Positions 10,253 through 22,572 of a stretch of 30,928 nt of DNA are shown here, piece after piece. The DNA comes from Tubiluchus corallicola. Its lineage: Eukaryota > Animalia > Priapulida. Within the stretch, counting starts at the first letter, position 1, and each line of letters opens with the position of its first letter. Location: positions 236,933-267,860 of the forward strand of contig JAQGDQ010000328.1 of the NCBI GenBank assembly GCA_030141605.1, given 5' to 3'. The notes under the pieces were generated by a model, which worked only from the letters and a program-made list of their open reading frames with translations, had not been told where the DNA came from and did no database searches. The translations under genes and the position numbers were made by a program.

Positions 10253-10699
10253 AAAGTACAAGTGTTCTTTACGTTGTGCTTTACCCAGCAAGATACTTTT
10301 TAAATATTATAAATTCGAACATTGAATAATCTTTAGCAAGCAAACAAGCATTTTCAAGTTTTCAAACAAGCATTAGTAACACTGAAAAAGAGCAGAGGCC
10401 GATATTATGAAAACTGTATTTACAATAGGTTATTCTTTAGATGATTGTAGTCCTGGGTCGAAATGATACATGCTATGTCTACCTAACAGTTTGACTAACG
10501 ATTTAGTAAATTATTTTTATTGAAACTATCAATACATTGCTTCCCCTCTATTTGCAGGGGTAATGAAAATATTTTGTGAAAATATTGAAGTATCAATTTC
10601 TGCTATTCAGAGTGTGGACCCAAGGTTTCTGCAGTACAGCAATTATTTTTATTTTGTAAAAATGTTTTGTTACCTTTTAACAGAAAAAAGAATTTAGGA

Positions 10700-11023
10700 T
10701 TTTTTATTTCAACAAAATATTTGAATTCCTTACCTCAAAACCTCAAAACAATTTCTACTGTGCGACTGCATTTAAAAATCAGTTGAAGAAACACCAATTG
10801 AAAAATTATTATGATCAATTATAACTGTTGTAGACTACAGTAATGACCTATTTTCTGTCTTGTAGGCAATTTGTGTGTTCACCCAAAAAATTTTAACAAT
10901 TAACAATTTTATTAATATCACATTTTCTTACTTGTACAATTGTAACCATAATATTTTACTGTACAGCGCCATTGAAAACGTTTTGCGCTTTATAAAATAT
11001 ATATTATTATTATTATTTATTAT
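10700..11023 (+). mobile_element. L2/CR1-type LINE 3'-end relic
   Basis: TKYLNSLPQNLKTIST../AFKNQLKKH resembles 'WNSLP..LK...S...FK..LK.H'; ends in GTACAGCGCCATTGA...GCGCTTTATAAA followed by (TAT)n, like L2-type 3' stem-loop tails. Confidence 0.6.
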
Positions 11024-12479
11024 AAACTGACCACGACAATAAACCTGCTTTCAAAAACATGGATTAATCACACGTAACTATGTAGAAACCTGTTAATGAG
11101 TTGTAGCGGATCAATGTCAGCAAAGGGTGGAAATGGACAAACCTAGAGAAGTCGTATTAGAACAATGATAAAGGTACAGAACTGCCTTCAGTATTGAGAC
11201 AAGGTTTGCTACGCCTGATGAAAAGATTCGCTGATAAGCAAGGATGGTTCAGTAGGAGAAGAGGCAATAATACTGAAACTATATGGGCCTATTAATATAT
11301 GGTTAATGTGACCCAAATTAATGTACATGGGAGACATATTAAAGGCTTCATTGTCAAATGGGAAACTGCTAGGTTTTCGCATGCTCTTACCAATAAATGT
11401 TGAGCTGTTTTGCCAAACGAGTTAGCTCTGCTGTTGAGGCAAGTATATTTTGTAAAAAATATCTGATGATATCAATATCTAAACACCATCTTTAAATTTT
11501 AAAAGATAAGCTGGACTATTACGATTTCAAAATAACCCGGAAATCAATTTGGGGAAATGATGATTTAACTAATTTGATAATTGTATTTTTCCGGATGTAT
11601 AGGTTCACGTCCCCACCTAAAGTAAAAATAACGTTTTTCTTAAACAACCGTAATCTAAGCAAACTGTACAATAAGTATAATTCACGTCACAATTGCGCTT
11701 CAAACGGTACTTTTGTACAAATAAGGGTCACATTGGTTTCCTGGACATGGCACGTTTTTAAAGGAAGAGAGTATTATTTTTCACATACTGCCCCATTTTC
11801 AAGTCCGATAAAAAGTATACATTTTAACATAATTAATACTGCAAAAGCGGTTCTCATAATTAAATAATAAATTAAGGACTTAATTAATGGCGGGCGACAT
11901 CACAAACTAACATAATTTTCAACATCAAAAACTTCCACGAGCGTGTTACACATGTTTGTGAAAACGAAAATTGAAGTACAGTGCTGTTGTAAAATATTCA
12001 GTGTGTTCTACTAAAGCTAGGCGTGTTTTAAGATAAAAATTCAGATTTCAAATTTACGCATCGGTTGTCGAATGCGTGTAGTTCGTGACAAAGTAACACA
12101 TCTCAACTGATGTACAGCACAAATTTTTTGTGCAATGCGTTTCCGAAATGCAGACGCTGGTGCTCATCTAACTATCGAATAATGGAATGCATGTAACAGT
12201 GAAGAACTAGTGGCGCGAACGTGAACTTGTGTGGTAATAATTCTTTCACGCACGTTATTTTTGAAAAAAATTGTGTTTCCTTTCAATTTTTTAAAAAGTA
12301 GATTATTTTGACCCACAGTTTATGATTGGGTCCGGTTTTGCTCTAATTTAATAAACATAAACACTTACACACTGTTAGCCTACAAAAACATACTACCAAT
12401 CAATTTACCACAAAAAGGCATTCCCTGTACAATAATATTTGGAACGCTGGCCACGTTTTGTTAATTGTGACCTCAACAA

Positions 12480-12634
12480 TATAAATTAAAAAGAATGGTT
12501 ATTAGGAAACAATGCTGTGCTGCTGACGAACTCAAATGGAGGAACGATTTGAGTGCTGCGACATCTATTTCAGTTGTAAGGCCAATTTTAATTTATAATA
12601 AAGCTGCAGATTGAATGCAAGCAAAAATCACTTG
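12480..12634 (+). promoter_or_regulatory. Candidate TATA box and non-coding first exon of lectin gene 1
   Basis: TATAAA at 12480-12485; consensus donor TTG|gtaagt at 12634/12635; 248-nt intron to acceptor taagtag at 12882. The same layout is conserved in copy 2. TSS unknown. Confidence 0.5.
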
Positions 12635-12937
12635 GTAAGTATTCTAACTGCTTAAATCTTATGTGAACTTGCTGTAAATGGAAATTTTTACCCTAGATTT
12701 TTTATTTCCTCACTTCCTTACCTTAGCTAGTCTAGGAAATTAGTCTCCCTTTAGTCATTCTAAATACTGATTTGTTTGTGCTAATTAATGCATATTGTGT
12801 ACTTTTATCAAATTATCAACTTTATACAAGTTTGAGTGTTGCTAACTTTCTTCCGTTGTTTTATGTTTTCTTATTTAAGTAGATTCACAAATCGACAAGT
12901 TCTTATTCATTGTGACAGTAGTAACTGTTGATGCACA

Positions 12938-13045
12938 ATGAATGTGGCATCGATAGCCACCGTTTCACTAGTGCTGTTAGTCACTCTACCTTGTTCAAGT
13001 GCAAACCATGAAAGCCGCTCCAACAACAGTACCATGACCAACACG
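12938..13045 (+). CDS. C-type lectin 1, coding exon 1 (signal peptide)
   Basis: MNVASIATVSLVLLVTLPCSSA-NHESRSNNSTMTNT; hydrophobic core with small-residue cleavage site; donor ACG|gtaacc, phase 0, matching the next exon. Confidence 0.82.
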
Positions 13046-13093
13046 GTAACCATCTTAATTTGAATAGTTATTCATTTTGAAGTGTAATAGTAA

Positions 13094-13172
13094 AGCTACG
13101 ACTCCATGTGCGTGTAATGCAATGCGTGTTCCTTAGTTCGTTTACAACAGTTTACATTGAAATACGTGGAAC
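13094..13172. mobile_element. Left-end remnant of the Harbinger-type MITE that is intact in copy 2
   Basis: TAA + AGCTACGACTCCATGTGCG... matches 22043-22124; the rest of the element and about 470 bp of flank are missing. Confidence 0.7.
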
Positions 13173-13263
13173 ATATTTTGTGAACATATTTTTGACAAGA
13201 TCCTAACAAGATAGTGACCATAAAATAATGGTGACAATATTGTGAGCTGCCTGGGTAATTATA

Positions 13264-13381
<118 letters not shown>

Positions 13382-13968
13382 TTTTCACAATAACAATCAG
13401 AAATAGTATATAACAATGAGTTACAAAGTTTAGAGAAAGACGGGATGGCGAAACACCAAAAGTTCATCTAATCTGCCATCCCTAAAATAGAGAGTCTACT
13501 AATTTCAGCATTTCGAGCAAATATGATTAGAACAAAATAAAGAATAGAATAGGAAAACAGAGCAAAATAAAAATAATAGCGAACAATTATGGTAAATAAA
13601 ATTATGCAAATATATGCAAAACAACGTGAAAACAAAATTAGTAAAGCAGAATTCTATGGGCTTGAAAACAAAACTACATAACTAAAAGCAAAATAGCTAA
13701 CAAATTAATTTGGCTATGCAATAGTGACACTAAAAGAAGCAAAGTTGCATGTACCTGTAAGGCCATAATGGTTTCAAACTAAATGAATAACAAATAACAG
13801 TATATTATTAATGCTGTTTTTAATATGATTATCCACCAAAAATGACTAATAAATTTAAAAAGGTAAGTATCACTGACAAAGCAATCCAAAAGTGTGTCTC
13901 GTAACTGGGTGTGCTTCCAAAGCATCATCTGACTCAGGCTTTTGTATCACAGTTTATTTTCTCTACAG

Positions 13969-14158
13969 ACCCAGACCTGCTCCAGTTGTTGCAGAAATGG
14001 TGGTGAATACTACAACGGACATTGCTACATGTTTTTAGACCATCCCCGTTCAAGTTGGTTTCAGGCTGTGGTGAATTGCAAACTGACAGCTAGTGAGTTA
14101 GTGACCATTGAAAATGCAGCTGAAAGTCAGTTTGTAGTAAATCAGTTAAAAGTGAATG
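13969..14158 (+). CDS. C-type lectin 1, coding exon 2 (N-terminal half of long-form CTLD)
   Basis: ctctacag|ACC ... AATG|gtgagt; 190 nt, phase 0-1; TQTCSSCCRNGGEYYNGHCYMF...SWFQAVVNC...SELVTIENAAESQFV. Confidence 0.93.
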
Positions 14159-14804
14159 GTGAGTATAATAACGGACATAGACACTATAATAGTGTTGAGT
14201 TCCGTGGTATAATGAACATTTACTGCCCTGTTTAAGGCCCCGTACAGCCATGCAAGTTTCAGTTACACAACTAAACGTGCAAATGAACAGCTTGGCAATT
14301 TTACCAAAATCAGTCGTCCAGACGTAAAATTTTTAATTGTGCAACTGGCATGGCTAATTTGAAGAAGTTGCTTGCGTTTGTGCACTATTACTTTCCGAAA
14401 AGTGAAACGAAATTTATCAGCAGTATCGAGTGGCCCAATACCTAATCAGTGCTTGATGAAAATGGCGTCTTTGAATGCCGTTATTATGAGTCTAAGTAGA
14501 TTTGATGAACTTTTGCACAATATTTATTATAGGCTGTCCTAATCACCTTATGGACCTTACTGTCAACAGATTGAGAGAAATTATTACTCCGGGAAAATTG
14601 CTGTGTGCAGTTGCTTACAACATTATTGTTTACTACTTGCGTAGCAGCTGTACATAGCGTACATTACTTTAAGAACAAAGACTGTATAAAAGTGAATGAA
14701 TGAAAGTGTCCATGCAATCGGAATACTCGAAATCCAAATACAAGGATATCTATAATGTAAGTGATGTGAGCTGGTGTGTCCGATCATTGTGAAAGGCTGT
14801 AGTA

Positions 14805-15230
14805 CAGTCATGCCTCTGTTTTCGACCATAACTCGTTCCTAACAAGTGTTTGAAAACCGATTTGGTTGAGTATCGAATCATTTATTCCCATAAGAAATAA
14901 TGTAAAAGCAAATAATCCGTTCTCAATCTCCAAATGAACTGTAAAGTATTTCTAAAATGAAATATAATAATGTAAAAATGTTTATGTAAACAGTAGATAT
15001 GATATAATTGATAAGAAAAAACATAATAGAATTACTTAGAAGAAAAATATAATTATTCCTGCATGGAAAAACCTTACGTGACTACTCGTCCTGCACGCGT
15101 TCATAACATATTTAGCAGTTGGTCGAGTACCGAAATTCTGGTCGAGAAAGGAGACAATTTCAACTCGAATTTTCTGGTCGAAAACCGATTTGTACGAGTA
15201 CGGAGACGTTCTAAAACGGAGGTATGACTG
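14805..15230. mobile_element. Tc1/mariner-pogo (Tigger-like) MITE, 426 bp, copy-1 specific
   Basis: Imperfect TIRs CAGTCATGCCTCTGTTTTCGA / reverse complement CAGTCATACCTCCGTTTTAGA; TA duplicated on both sides (14803-14804, 15231-15232); non-coding; absent from copy 2. Confidence 0.85.
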
Positions 15231-16647
15231 TACTCGAAAAAAACCACCAGCGAGCAGTACAAATCTACTGCCCCAGTAAAATCCGCCGTCCCAAGTCTAT
15301 GGAATAAAATATCAATTTAGGTCAGAACACATTCAAAATTAAATTGCTTTAAAAGATATATCAAATCTCTTTTACTCAAATCCTGCTTGTAATGCATTTG
15401 TGAAGTGTGATAGTTACAGCACAATCTGTTGATTTCATTGAGACTTAGTCGCATGTTCACTTTGATTTGATATTTTGACCGAATCACTTAAATGATGTTA
15501 GGAAAAACGAGTGAGATCTTCAATAACTTCATTCTCGTTTCTCTCTTGTATATGTTCAATAGTGTCTTTATAAGACACTGTCTTTTTCTTAGCTTAACTA
15601 TTGTGTTTGGTTAACTGCTGTGCAACTAAAAATTGCATGTCTGCGCGCTGTCATTGAAAACAATGCATTACAAAACAGTTGCGCAACCAAATGTTTACGC
15701 TCGTATTGCAACATTTAATTGCATATGTCTCTGAACTTGGCTTATCAAATTTGTTGCGAGGAATTTCAAGTGGATCACTTCTGTTAATATGTGTGGATGA
15801 CCCCACTTATAAAGCATTTTAAAAAAGCACGTCCAATGTCCTAGCTAGCCCTACCTTTCAATTCTGTACAGTTCAACTATATGCAGTGAAATACTGTTAT
15901 CTCATATCATTTTAAAGAAAGCGCAAATTGTTTTCGTATTATTTTCGTTGCCAAATGGCAGCACCGTGCAACATTTACTCGGATGGCCTTAAACACGCAC
16001 ATCAGTTGGGCGTATTTAATACCAGGACTCACAATAGACATACAGCTCACACAAAAGCTTTTCCTCACAGGAGAACAATATTTTAGATATGCAAAACGCT
16101 TATCAACACTTGCAGTTGACTAATGTGAACAAAGTTTGGTGTTATACGCCTGCAAGAAGACTCTACATACTTCATCAAGACGAAACAAATTGGCAAATTT
16201 CGTCACATAGTTATTTGAATTATGTTTTGTTATTCAATTACAAACTCTTTCAAAGTTAGGTAAATGTAATAACGACCTATACTTTTCTATACTAGCTCCA
16301 GCGGAACTAATAATGGACTAATAAAAACTACTCGTTTCTTGATTCTATAAATGATAGAAAATACTGGGCCTACAAACGACTTTTTTGTTTTATTTACATC
16401 TGATTGCTTTCATTTATAAAACACGTCGATGATCCCTATATGGGTCTATCTTTTCCAATTCTGAAATGCTATGACGTGTAAAATTTGTGAATCACCTGGT
16501 CCAGGTTAGGTCTACCACATTCATTTCACAATCGTTGCAGATTGGTAAGATGTACTTTTTATCACGTAGCAAGTTATACCAAATGAGTGATGTTTTTTAC
16601 GTAATTTCGTTACATATTGGCACGCTAAGAAGGTAATTTTTCTATAG

Positions 16648-16868
16648 GAATGAGTCATACGTGGAGTGGAGGAACAGATACGCTAAGCGCAGACAACTGG
16701 AGATGGATTTCCAATGGCCAGTCCATTACATTTACTAACTGGGCAGATGGCCAACCTGACAACAGCAACGAACACTGCATACTACTGCATGCCAGTAAAA
16801 ATCATAAATGGTCAGATAATAAATGTGACGGCTCATTTTCTTTCATTTGTGAATCTGATGCTCAGTAG
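16648..16868 (+). CDS. C-type lectin 1, coding exon 3 (carbohydrate-recognition half; QPD + WSD)
   Basis: tttctatag|GA phase 1; WSGGTD...WRW...FTNWADGQPDNSNEHC...WSDNKC...FICE, TAG stop. Spliced product 172 aa. Confidence 0.94.
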
Positions 16869-16951
16869 TTCAAAGTTTTCCTCATTTTAAAGTCCACATA
16901 GCTAAGTATCATTTAAGGGAAAACCGAATGATTGTGTAAACATTAGCTGAG

Positions 16952-16957
16952 AATAAA
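16952..16957 (+). terminator. Candidate polyadenylation signal of lectin 1
   Basis: AATAAA 84 nt after the stop; conserved in copy 2 (26637-26642). Confidence 0.5.
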
Positions 16958-18072
16958 GAATGCTCTAAAATATGGAAAACTACAATAGCTTTTTTTAAAA
17001 TCAAAGCTTGGATTAAAGTTTCTGACGTCATTAGGTTCTGACATAAGCAGTAGCTGTGTTCTATTGCCGATAATTAACTGTCTAAGCTAATTATTCAAAT
17101 ATAATGAACAACTGTTAACTATTATAGGCAAGAAAATGTATACTTTGGACAGTAAATTACAATGAGAGTGAGTCTAAACAATCGTTCGGTCTTCCCTTAA
17201 ATGCAAATGAGTGCTCAGTTTTTTTCAATATACTTTAAAATATTACAATAACTTTATTATTACAAGTTATGATTTTAAGTAATATTAGCTATTTAGACAG
17301 TCTTGCCTGTTCATTTTCTTTTTAGACTATCTGTGATGCTTTGTTCACTGTTTATAAAAGTGCTAATGCAAGATACGTAATAATTTATAACCATTATTAA
17401 TTCACTAATTATTTTTAATTGATCAGTATGAAAATTTCATGTAGTGTCATCTTCTAATGAACTTGACTTTACTGGATGACTCACAAAATTTAATACTGTT
17501 AGTTAATAACAGCTTGTGAACGTTGATCCAACAACAGCAGCAAGACTAATAAGAGCAATTCCAAGTTTAAATGTTATGTTCCTAGACGTAAGAACCGTAG
17601 AAACTCTCAACTATATGTTTTCATACCAGTGAGGATTCCAAGTCTGTGAGGACTCAATTGATCTTGGTCTCGTACCTGAATCATCTCAAGATAAATTTTA
17701 ATCTCGGAAAGCAAGAAAACTGAGTGGCAACGAAGCTCAAAGAGAAAATCTACTCGACTGACAGGCACGAGTGTATAAAGTAATTAACCAACAAACACTT
17801 TGCTAACAAAATGACTGACAGAAAGCAGTAAAAAAACATAACATTGTAATGCATTCATACCTACAGAATGAAACTAGAAAGATGTGATTGGTACATATAA
17901 ACAAACTTTTATTTACAGATAAATAAACATCACAACACTATTTGTACTAATACTATACAGTAATTTACAAAATTGAATCAGTATTTGAATATCTGTCAGT
18001 AGGAAGTTGTCATTTTGGAACACTTATAATTATTAAAGATAGATCCAAAGTGTAAGATTTGTTCTATCAATG

Positions 18073-18128
18073 TCAGGTTAACAAGGAAGTCTGGCTTCCA
18101 TCTTTCGTTCTAGCCAGAAGCCGCCAAC
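18073..18128 (-). pseudogene. TTLL4: Orphaned duplicate of the TTLL4-like terminal coding exon
   Basis: Minus-strand acceptor atatttgtag|GT, phase 1, joins the exon ending at 19840 to read EA-GWRLLARTKDGSQTSLLT-stop (G-x-x-L-L as recalled in TTLL4 after W..KY); minus-strand AATAAA at 17908-17913. Confidence 0.55.
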
Positions 18129-18489
18129 CTACAAATATTAATTATTTTCAGTTATTACAATTTATGCAACGATGACTTCAGCAGAACTATTGACAATTAC
18201 ATGTACATGTTAAAGAACCCAAATAAACAGTCTTTGTCAACAATTGAATTAATTTGCTAAGTTATTTTGTTCTCATACTTAAATACGTAAATATTTCAGG
18301 CAGTGGGAACATGAGTGACCATGTTGTGCTTTTGGCTAAGTAGTTAAGTACAGCCAATCTTGATTATGAATAACAGCTGGAAGCCATTTCCTCTAATGCT
18401 TTTCTTATAAGGCTATGAGAAAACGTCCATTAAAAGTTGGCAAGAATGATGATTTCATCCTCTACCAATGACGAAGTTATCTAGCCAAG

Positions 18490-19015
18490 TTTCCACCTAA
18501 TGTTTCACAATTCTATGATTTCTGATACCATAGGAAGATGGGCCAGAGTCCCAATCGCAAGGTAAATAGTTCAAAAGACCTTGCTATAAGCGGAATTCGC
18601 ATCGACGGCAAAGTGTAGCAACCACTTAGCTGCCCCGACAAGAGGTGACGTCGAAGTGACTGACTTTAAATGGGTGGGAGTGCGTTTGGTCCCAAATGTA
18701 GGGAAACTCGTTCAAGTTTTTCACTGACAATTTGATTGGAGATTCTCTCAGTTGACTGATGGAAATCAAAACACAATAGGGAGCAAATAGCCTGCATAAA
18801 AAGTCTCTGTTGATGACAGTGTGTTGCTGTTTGAAATGGGATCTACTTCCAGGGTAAACATCAGAAAAACGTCTAGGCCATATTGTTTACAGTTTTCATG
18901 CAGCAGGCTCGCCTACACAAACATGGCGAATGTCGCTGTCTGATGTGTTTGTCAAGGGTTCTACTAATCAACAACTTCTGTTTCGTTAGGAAGGTCAACC
19001 ACAGTTGGAACCAGC
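18490..19015 (-). mobile_element. Internally deleted copy of the AcademX-like transposon relic
   Basis: Aligns to about 28260-29490 but lacks about 28690-28970 and about 29055-29477; multiple stops. Confidence 0.55.
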
Positions 19016-19034
19016 TGAAATCATATATCTTCGA

Positions 19035-19056
19035 TATATATATATATATATATATG
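19035..19056. repeat. (TA)n microsatellite, copy-1 specific
   Basis: About 10 TA units where copy 2 has an extra roughly 450 bp (29490-29935). Confidence 0.85.
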
Positions 19057-19206
19057 TGAAAGCACACTCATTACAATTTAGACAAGGACTGTGAAGACGT
19101 GGCTTAATCGAAACTTGTCCAATCACAATTAGCGGCAGCATTGTTTTTATCCCAGGCTTATTGGAGAGAGAAGTGCTGCCATTTATTCAACTTGGATTTC
19201 GCTGCC

Positions 19207-19476
19207 CAGCTGCACGTGAATGTCTATATGCGTCACGTGGTTTGTTTGAACCATTGTTTAACACGTAGGGGTACAGCTACACGTGAATGTCGACATGCAT
19301 CACGTGGTTTGTGTGAGCCATTGTTTAATACGTACACGGGTACAGCTAAACATGAATGTCTACATGCATCACGTGGTTTGTTTGAGCCATTGTTTATTAC
19401 ATACAGGTACAGCTACACATGAATGTCTACATGCATCACGTGGTTTGTTTGAGCCATTGTTTAATACATACGGGTA
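19207..19476. repeat. 67/69-bp minisatellite, 4 units
   Basis: Units start at 19207, 19274, 19343 and 19410; consensus CAGCTACACGTGAATGTCTACATGCATCACGTGGTTTGTTTGAGCCATTGTTTAATACATACGGGTA. Confidence 0.96.
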
Positions 19477-19839
19477 CTTTATAAAACGATTTATTTTACT
19501 TATTTAAAGTAAAACGGTGGGATCTGGTGAACCCTGTTTCTCACTTTTAACAGACAATTTCTTGAAAAATCACAGTATTTGAGTTTGTGCTCTATAAACA
19601 GATGGGTGATTATTTGGAAAACTGATGCTGGGTAGCTTCACCTAACATACTTATCTCTTTGTATATTTTTGCATCCCAACCCGACTACGACACCTCCGCT
19701 GGTTCAGTGTCGCATTTTATATGATTATCTTTGATAAATAGTTAGCTTCCAAGTTACGTTGCCATCAAACGATAACAGGTCGCACTGACATTAAAAGCCG
19801 TTCTTTTAGAAAACTGTCAAACTGTGTGAAGTACTGTAC

Positions 19840-20050
19840 CTGCTTCAGGATTATTGTGATATTTTCTGGTTCAGGCGTCGAGGAGTAAATTACTGTAACG
19901 TTTTTTCTCAAAATATTTCAAATATTTGTGAAAGGTTGGACTGGGAAAGATGCGCTGGAAGCCTCCACGTCTCTGATACTCGTCTTCCACTTCCTTCAGC
20001 TCACGCACATCAGCTGGTGTGAGATCATCTAAAATTTTATAATCAACTTC
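19840..20050 (-). pseudogene. TTLL4: TTLL4-like tubulin glutamylase exon with premature stop
   Basis: ttcttttcag|GAA ... GCAG|gtacag; 211 nt, phase 0-1; EVDYKILDDLTPADVRELKEVEDEYQRRGGFQRIFPSPTFHKYLKYFEKKRYSNLLLDA*TRKYHNNPEA matches the recalled TTLL4 segment 'LD.LTPDDVR.L.E.EDE..RRG.F.RIFPS....YL.FFE..RY.N.L...W..KY'; TGA (19871-19873) sits at the conserved Trp. TTLL5 shares part of this motif. Confidence 0.85.
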
Positions 20051-20220
20051 CTGAAAAGAAAGTTTATAATGTGAAATTATCAAAGTGTTTTACGAGATGT
20101 CTTTCGTAGTGCGTATTCTTTTTTAGTATTTTCAACATACATCTTTTCTCGAATAAACATGAATTTCGCGCTCAATTTAAACATGGCAATTACTTTACGT
20201 AACAGGTGAATAGTACACAC

Positions 20221-20310
20221 CTGTACTTGTCTAGGTGTGACTGCTTCAGTCATACATCTACGTAAGTCATATATACAGGGTCGAAATAGGGCTTCTATAA
20301 GCCCTAAGGA
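20221..20310 (-). pseudogene. Candidate preceding exon of the TTLL4-like fragment
   Basis: atcttttcag|TCC ... CAG|gtgtgt; 90 nt, open in phase 0-0 (SLGLIEALFRPCIYDLRRCMTEAVTPRQVQ), phase-compatible with the 20050 acceptor; homology not clearly recognisable. Confidence 0.45.
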
Positions 20311-21415
20311 CTGAAAAGATTATGGTACCCCCATATGCGTGTAATTCAGTACTCACAAGGCACACATAGTCATCATCACCGCCATGTGATAAAATACATT
20401 CATTCAACAACAACATTATCCTGTTTTCAGTACCACCATATTTCTATAAGCATTACCACACTTGAAATATATTTTGACACATTGTATAATCAATCAACGT
20501 CATCATCTGGGCAGCCGGCTAACAGCTCAGGCTGCTCAGTAAACAGAATGTTGTTGCCCCATCCGTCCCGCCATATTGTAAACAACAACTGAAACCACTC
20601 ACATATTACGAAATATTTTACGTGTGCGTAATTATTCAGTGTGGGGCCCCTATTCTCCTGACAAAGCACGTGCTTATTTTGCTTAATGGTTAATTTTTGA
20701 CTGCACAAATGCAACCACCACAAAAGTGCACGGATTTGTTTAAATGAGTGAAGAAAAAACATAAAATATTATAAGATGAATCCTAGAGTTTTTTATGTAC
20801 AGCTCCAATGCTTATCTTTCAACAAATAATGTCTCTGGTCCCAGTAAAGAATAATAACATTTTGTTATAAGGTTCTATAGTAAGACATTCTAAGCTGTTT
20901 ATTTGTGACGTTTCTGATATGAATAAATTTAGAATTTTTTTAATCATCCCAGAAAGATCACAAATACATAGCTGAGATGGTCTTACGAATGAAACCAAAC
21001 ATCGTGGGTAACAAACTGCGTGCCAGAAAATGATAGAAATAATTGAAAAACAGATTTAAATGTATTTTTTAGTTATTTTCCTTATTTTTTTCAACTTCTT
21101 TTTCTCAGATACAAACACTGAGAAATCATCGTGAATTGTACCCTGTATATTTATAGTTCACACAACTACGAATAACCGCAATTCTATTTATTAAGATAAG
21201 AACTTTTATAGGTTTTACATGTCAAATGTAGACCTGCGTAAACTCAAATGTAAATTTAGGTAATTAAAATGTGTTAACAATGGTTTTCAAGCAGTCTTAA
21301 GCGCTTTTGGTAAATCAAATGTAGACACATGTCAAGTCAAATGTGACATTGGTATCTCAAATATGGATAGATTTGGAACGCTGGCCATATTTTGTTAATT
21401 GTGACCTCAACAAAA

Positions 21416-21586
21416 TATAAATGAAAAAGAATGGTTATTAGGAAACAATGCTGTGCTGCTGACGAACACAAACGAAGGAACGATTTGAGTGCTGCGACAT
21501 CTATTTCGATTGTAAGGCCAATTTTGATTTATAATAAAGCTGATGCGACAGTGGTACAAAAGTTGACTGCAAGCAAAATTCACTTG
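21416..21586 (+). promoter_or_regulatory. Candidate TATA box and non-coding first exon of lectin gene 2
   Basis: TATAAA at 21416-21421; donor TTG|gtaagt at 21586/21587; 248-nt intron to acceptor at 21834. Confidence 0.5.
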
Positions 21587-21889
21587 GTAAGTATTCTAAC
21601 TGCTTAAATCTTATGTGAACTGGCTGTAAATGGAAATTTTTACCCTAGATTTTTTATTTCCTCACTTCCTTACCTTAGCTAGTCTAGGAAATTAGTCTCC
21701 CTTTAGTCATTCTAAATACTTATTTGTTTGTGCTAATTAATGCATATTGTGTACTTTTATCAAATTATCAACTTTATACAAGTTTGAGTGTTGCTAACTT
21801 GTCTCCTTTGTTTTATGTTTTCTTATTTAAGTAGATTCACAAATCGACAAGTTCTTATTCATTGTGACAGTAGTAACTGTTGATGCACA

Positions 21890-21997
21890 ATGGATGTGGC
21901 ATCGATAGCCACCGTTTCACTAGTGCTGTTAATCACTCTACCTTGTTCAAGTGCAAACCATGAAAGCCGCTCCAACAACAGTACCATGACCAACACG
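21890..21997 (+). CDS. C-type lectin 2, coding exon 1 (signal peptide)
   Basis: MDVASIATVSLVLLITLPCSSA-NHESRSNNSTMTNT, donor ACG|gtaacc; two substitutions versus copy 1. Confidence 0.82.
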
Positions 21998-22045
21998 GTA
22001 ACCATCTTAATTTGAATAGTTATTCATTTTGAAGTTTAATAGTAA

Positions 22046-22572
22046 AGCTACGACTCCATGTGCGTGTAATGCAATGCGTGTTCCTTAGTTCGTTTACAAC
22101 AGTTTACATTGAAATACGTGGAAATAATCCGTAATGCGTGACTTGCAAGAGTTTATATTTAAACACGTGGGAGTGTTTCCATGTGTACATAATGCGTAAT
22201 GCGTGATCCGTAATGCGTAATGCGTAATGCGCATACAAAAACTTATACTTAAACACGTGGAAGTGTTTCCATGTGTACGTTATGCGTAATCCGTAATGCG
22301 TGATACGTAATCCGTATTTATTCGAACGTGATGACTATCGTCTGAATACGCATCACACAGCAGTACGCAGACTGAAAATCGCCGTTGCCTAAGTGACTTC
22401 GCAAGTTCCTCATACGTACTATTATTCCCACACCTACAATTTCCTACATTCACGAACAGTAAACAAAGATGGCGGAGAGGACGCTGCGAACTCTGTTAAT
22501 ATTCATAGCGTTCAGGCGCACAAGGAAACAGTCAATATGCATTACGCATTATGCGCACATGGAGTCGTAGCT
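22046..22572. mobile_element. PIF/Harbinger-type MITE, 527 bp
   Basis: Perfect 19-bp TIR AGCTACGACTCCATGTGCG (22046-22064, 22554-22572); TAA TSD (22043-22045, 22573-22575); internal (CGTAATG)n-like subrepeats; non-coding. Confidence 0.87.

Noticed and set aside
20490-20762. Minus-strand ORF ending LLFTIWRDGWGNNILFTEQPELLAGCPDDDVD behind a tttcag acceptor
   Set aside because: No recognisable homology, and it ends in a stop upstream of the TTLL4-like exons; cannot be supported as an exon.
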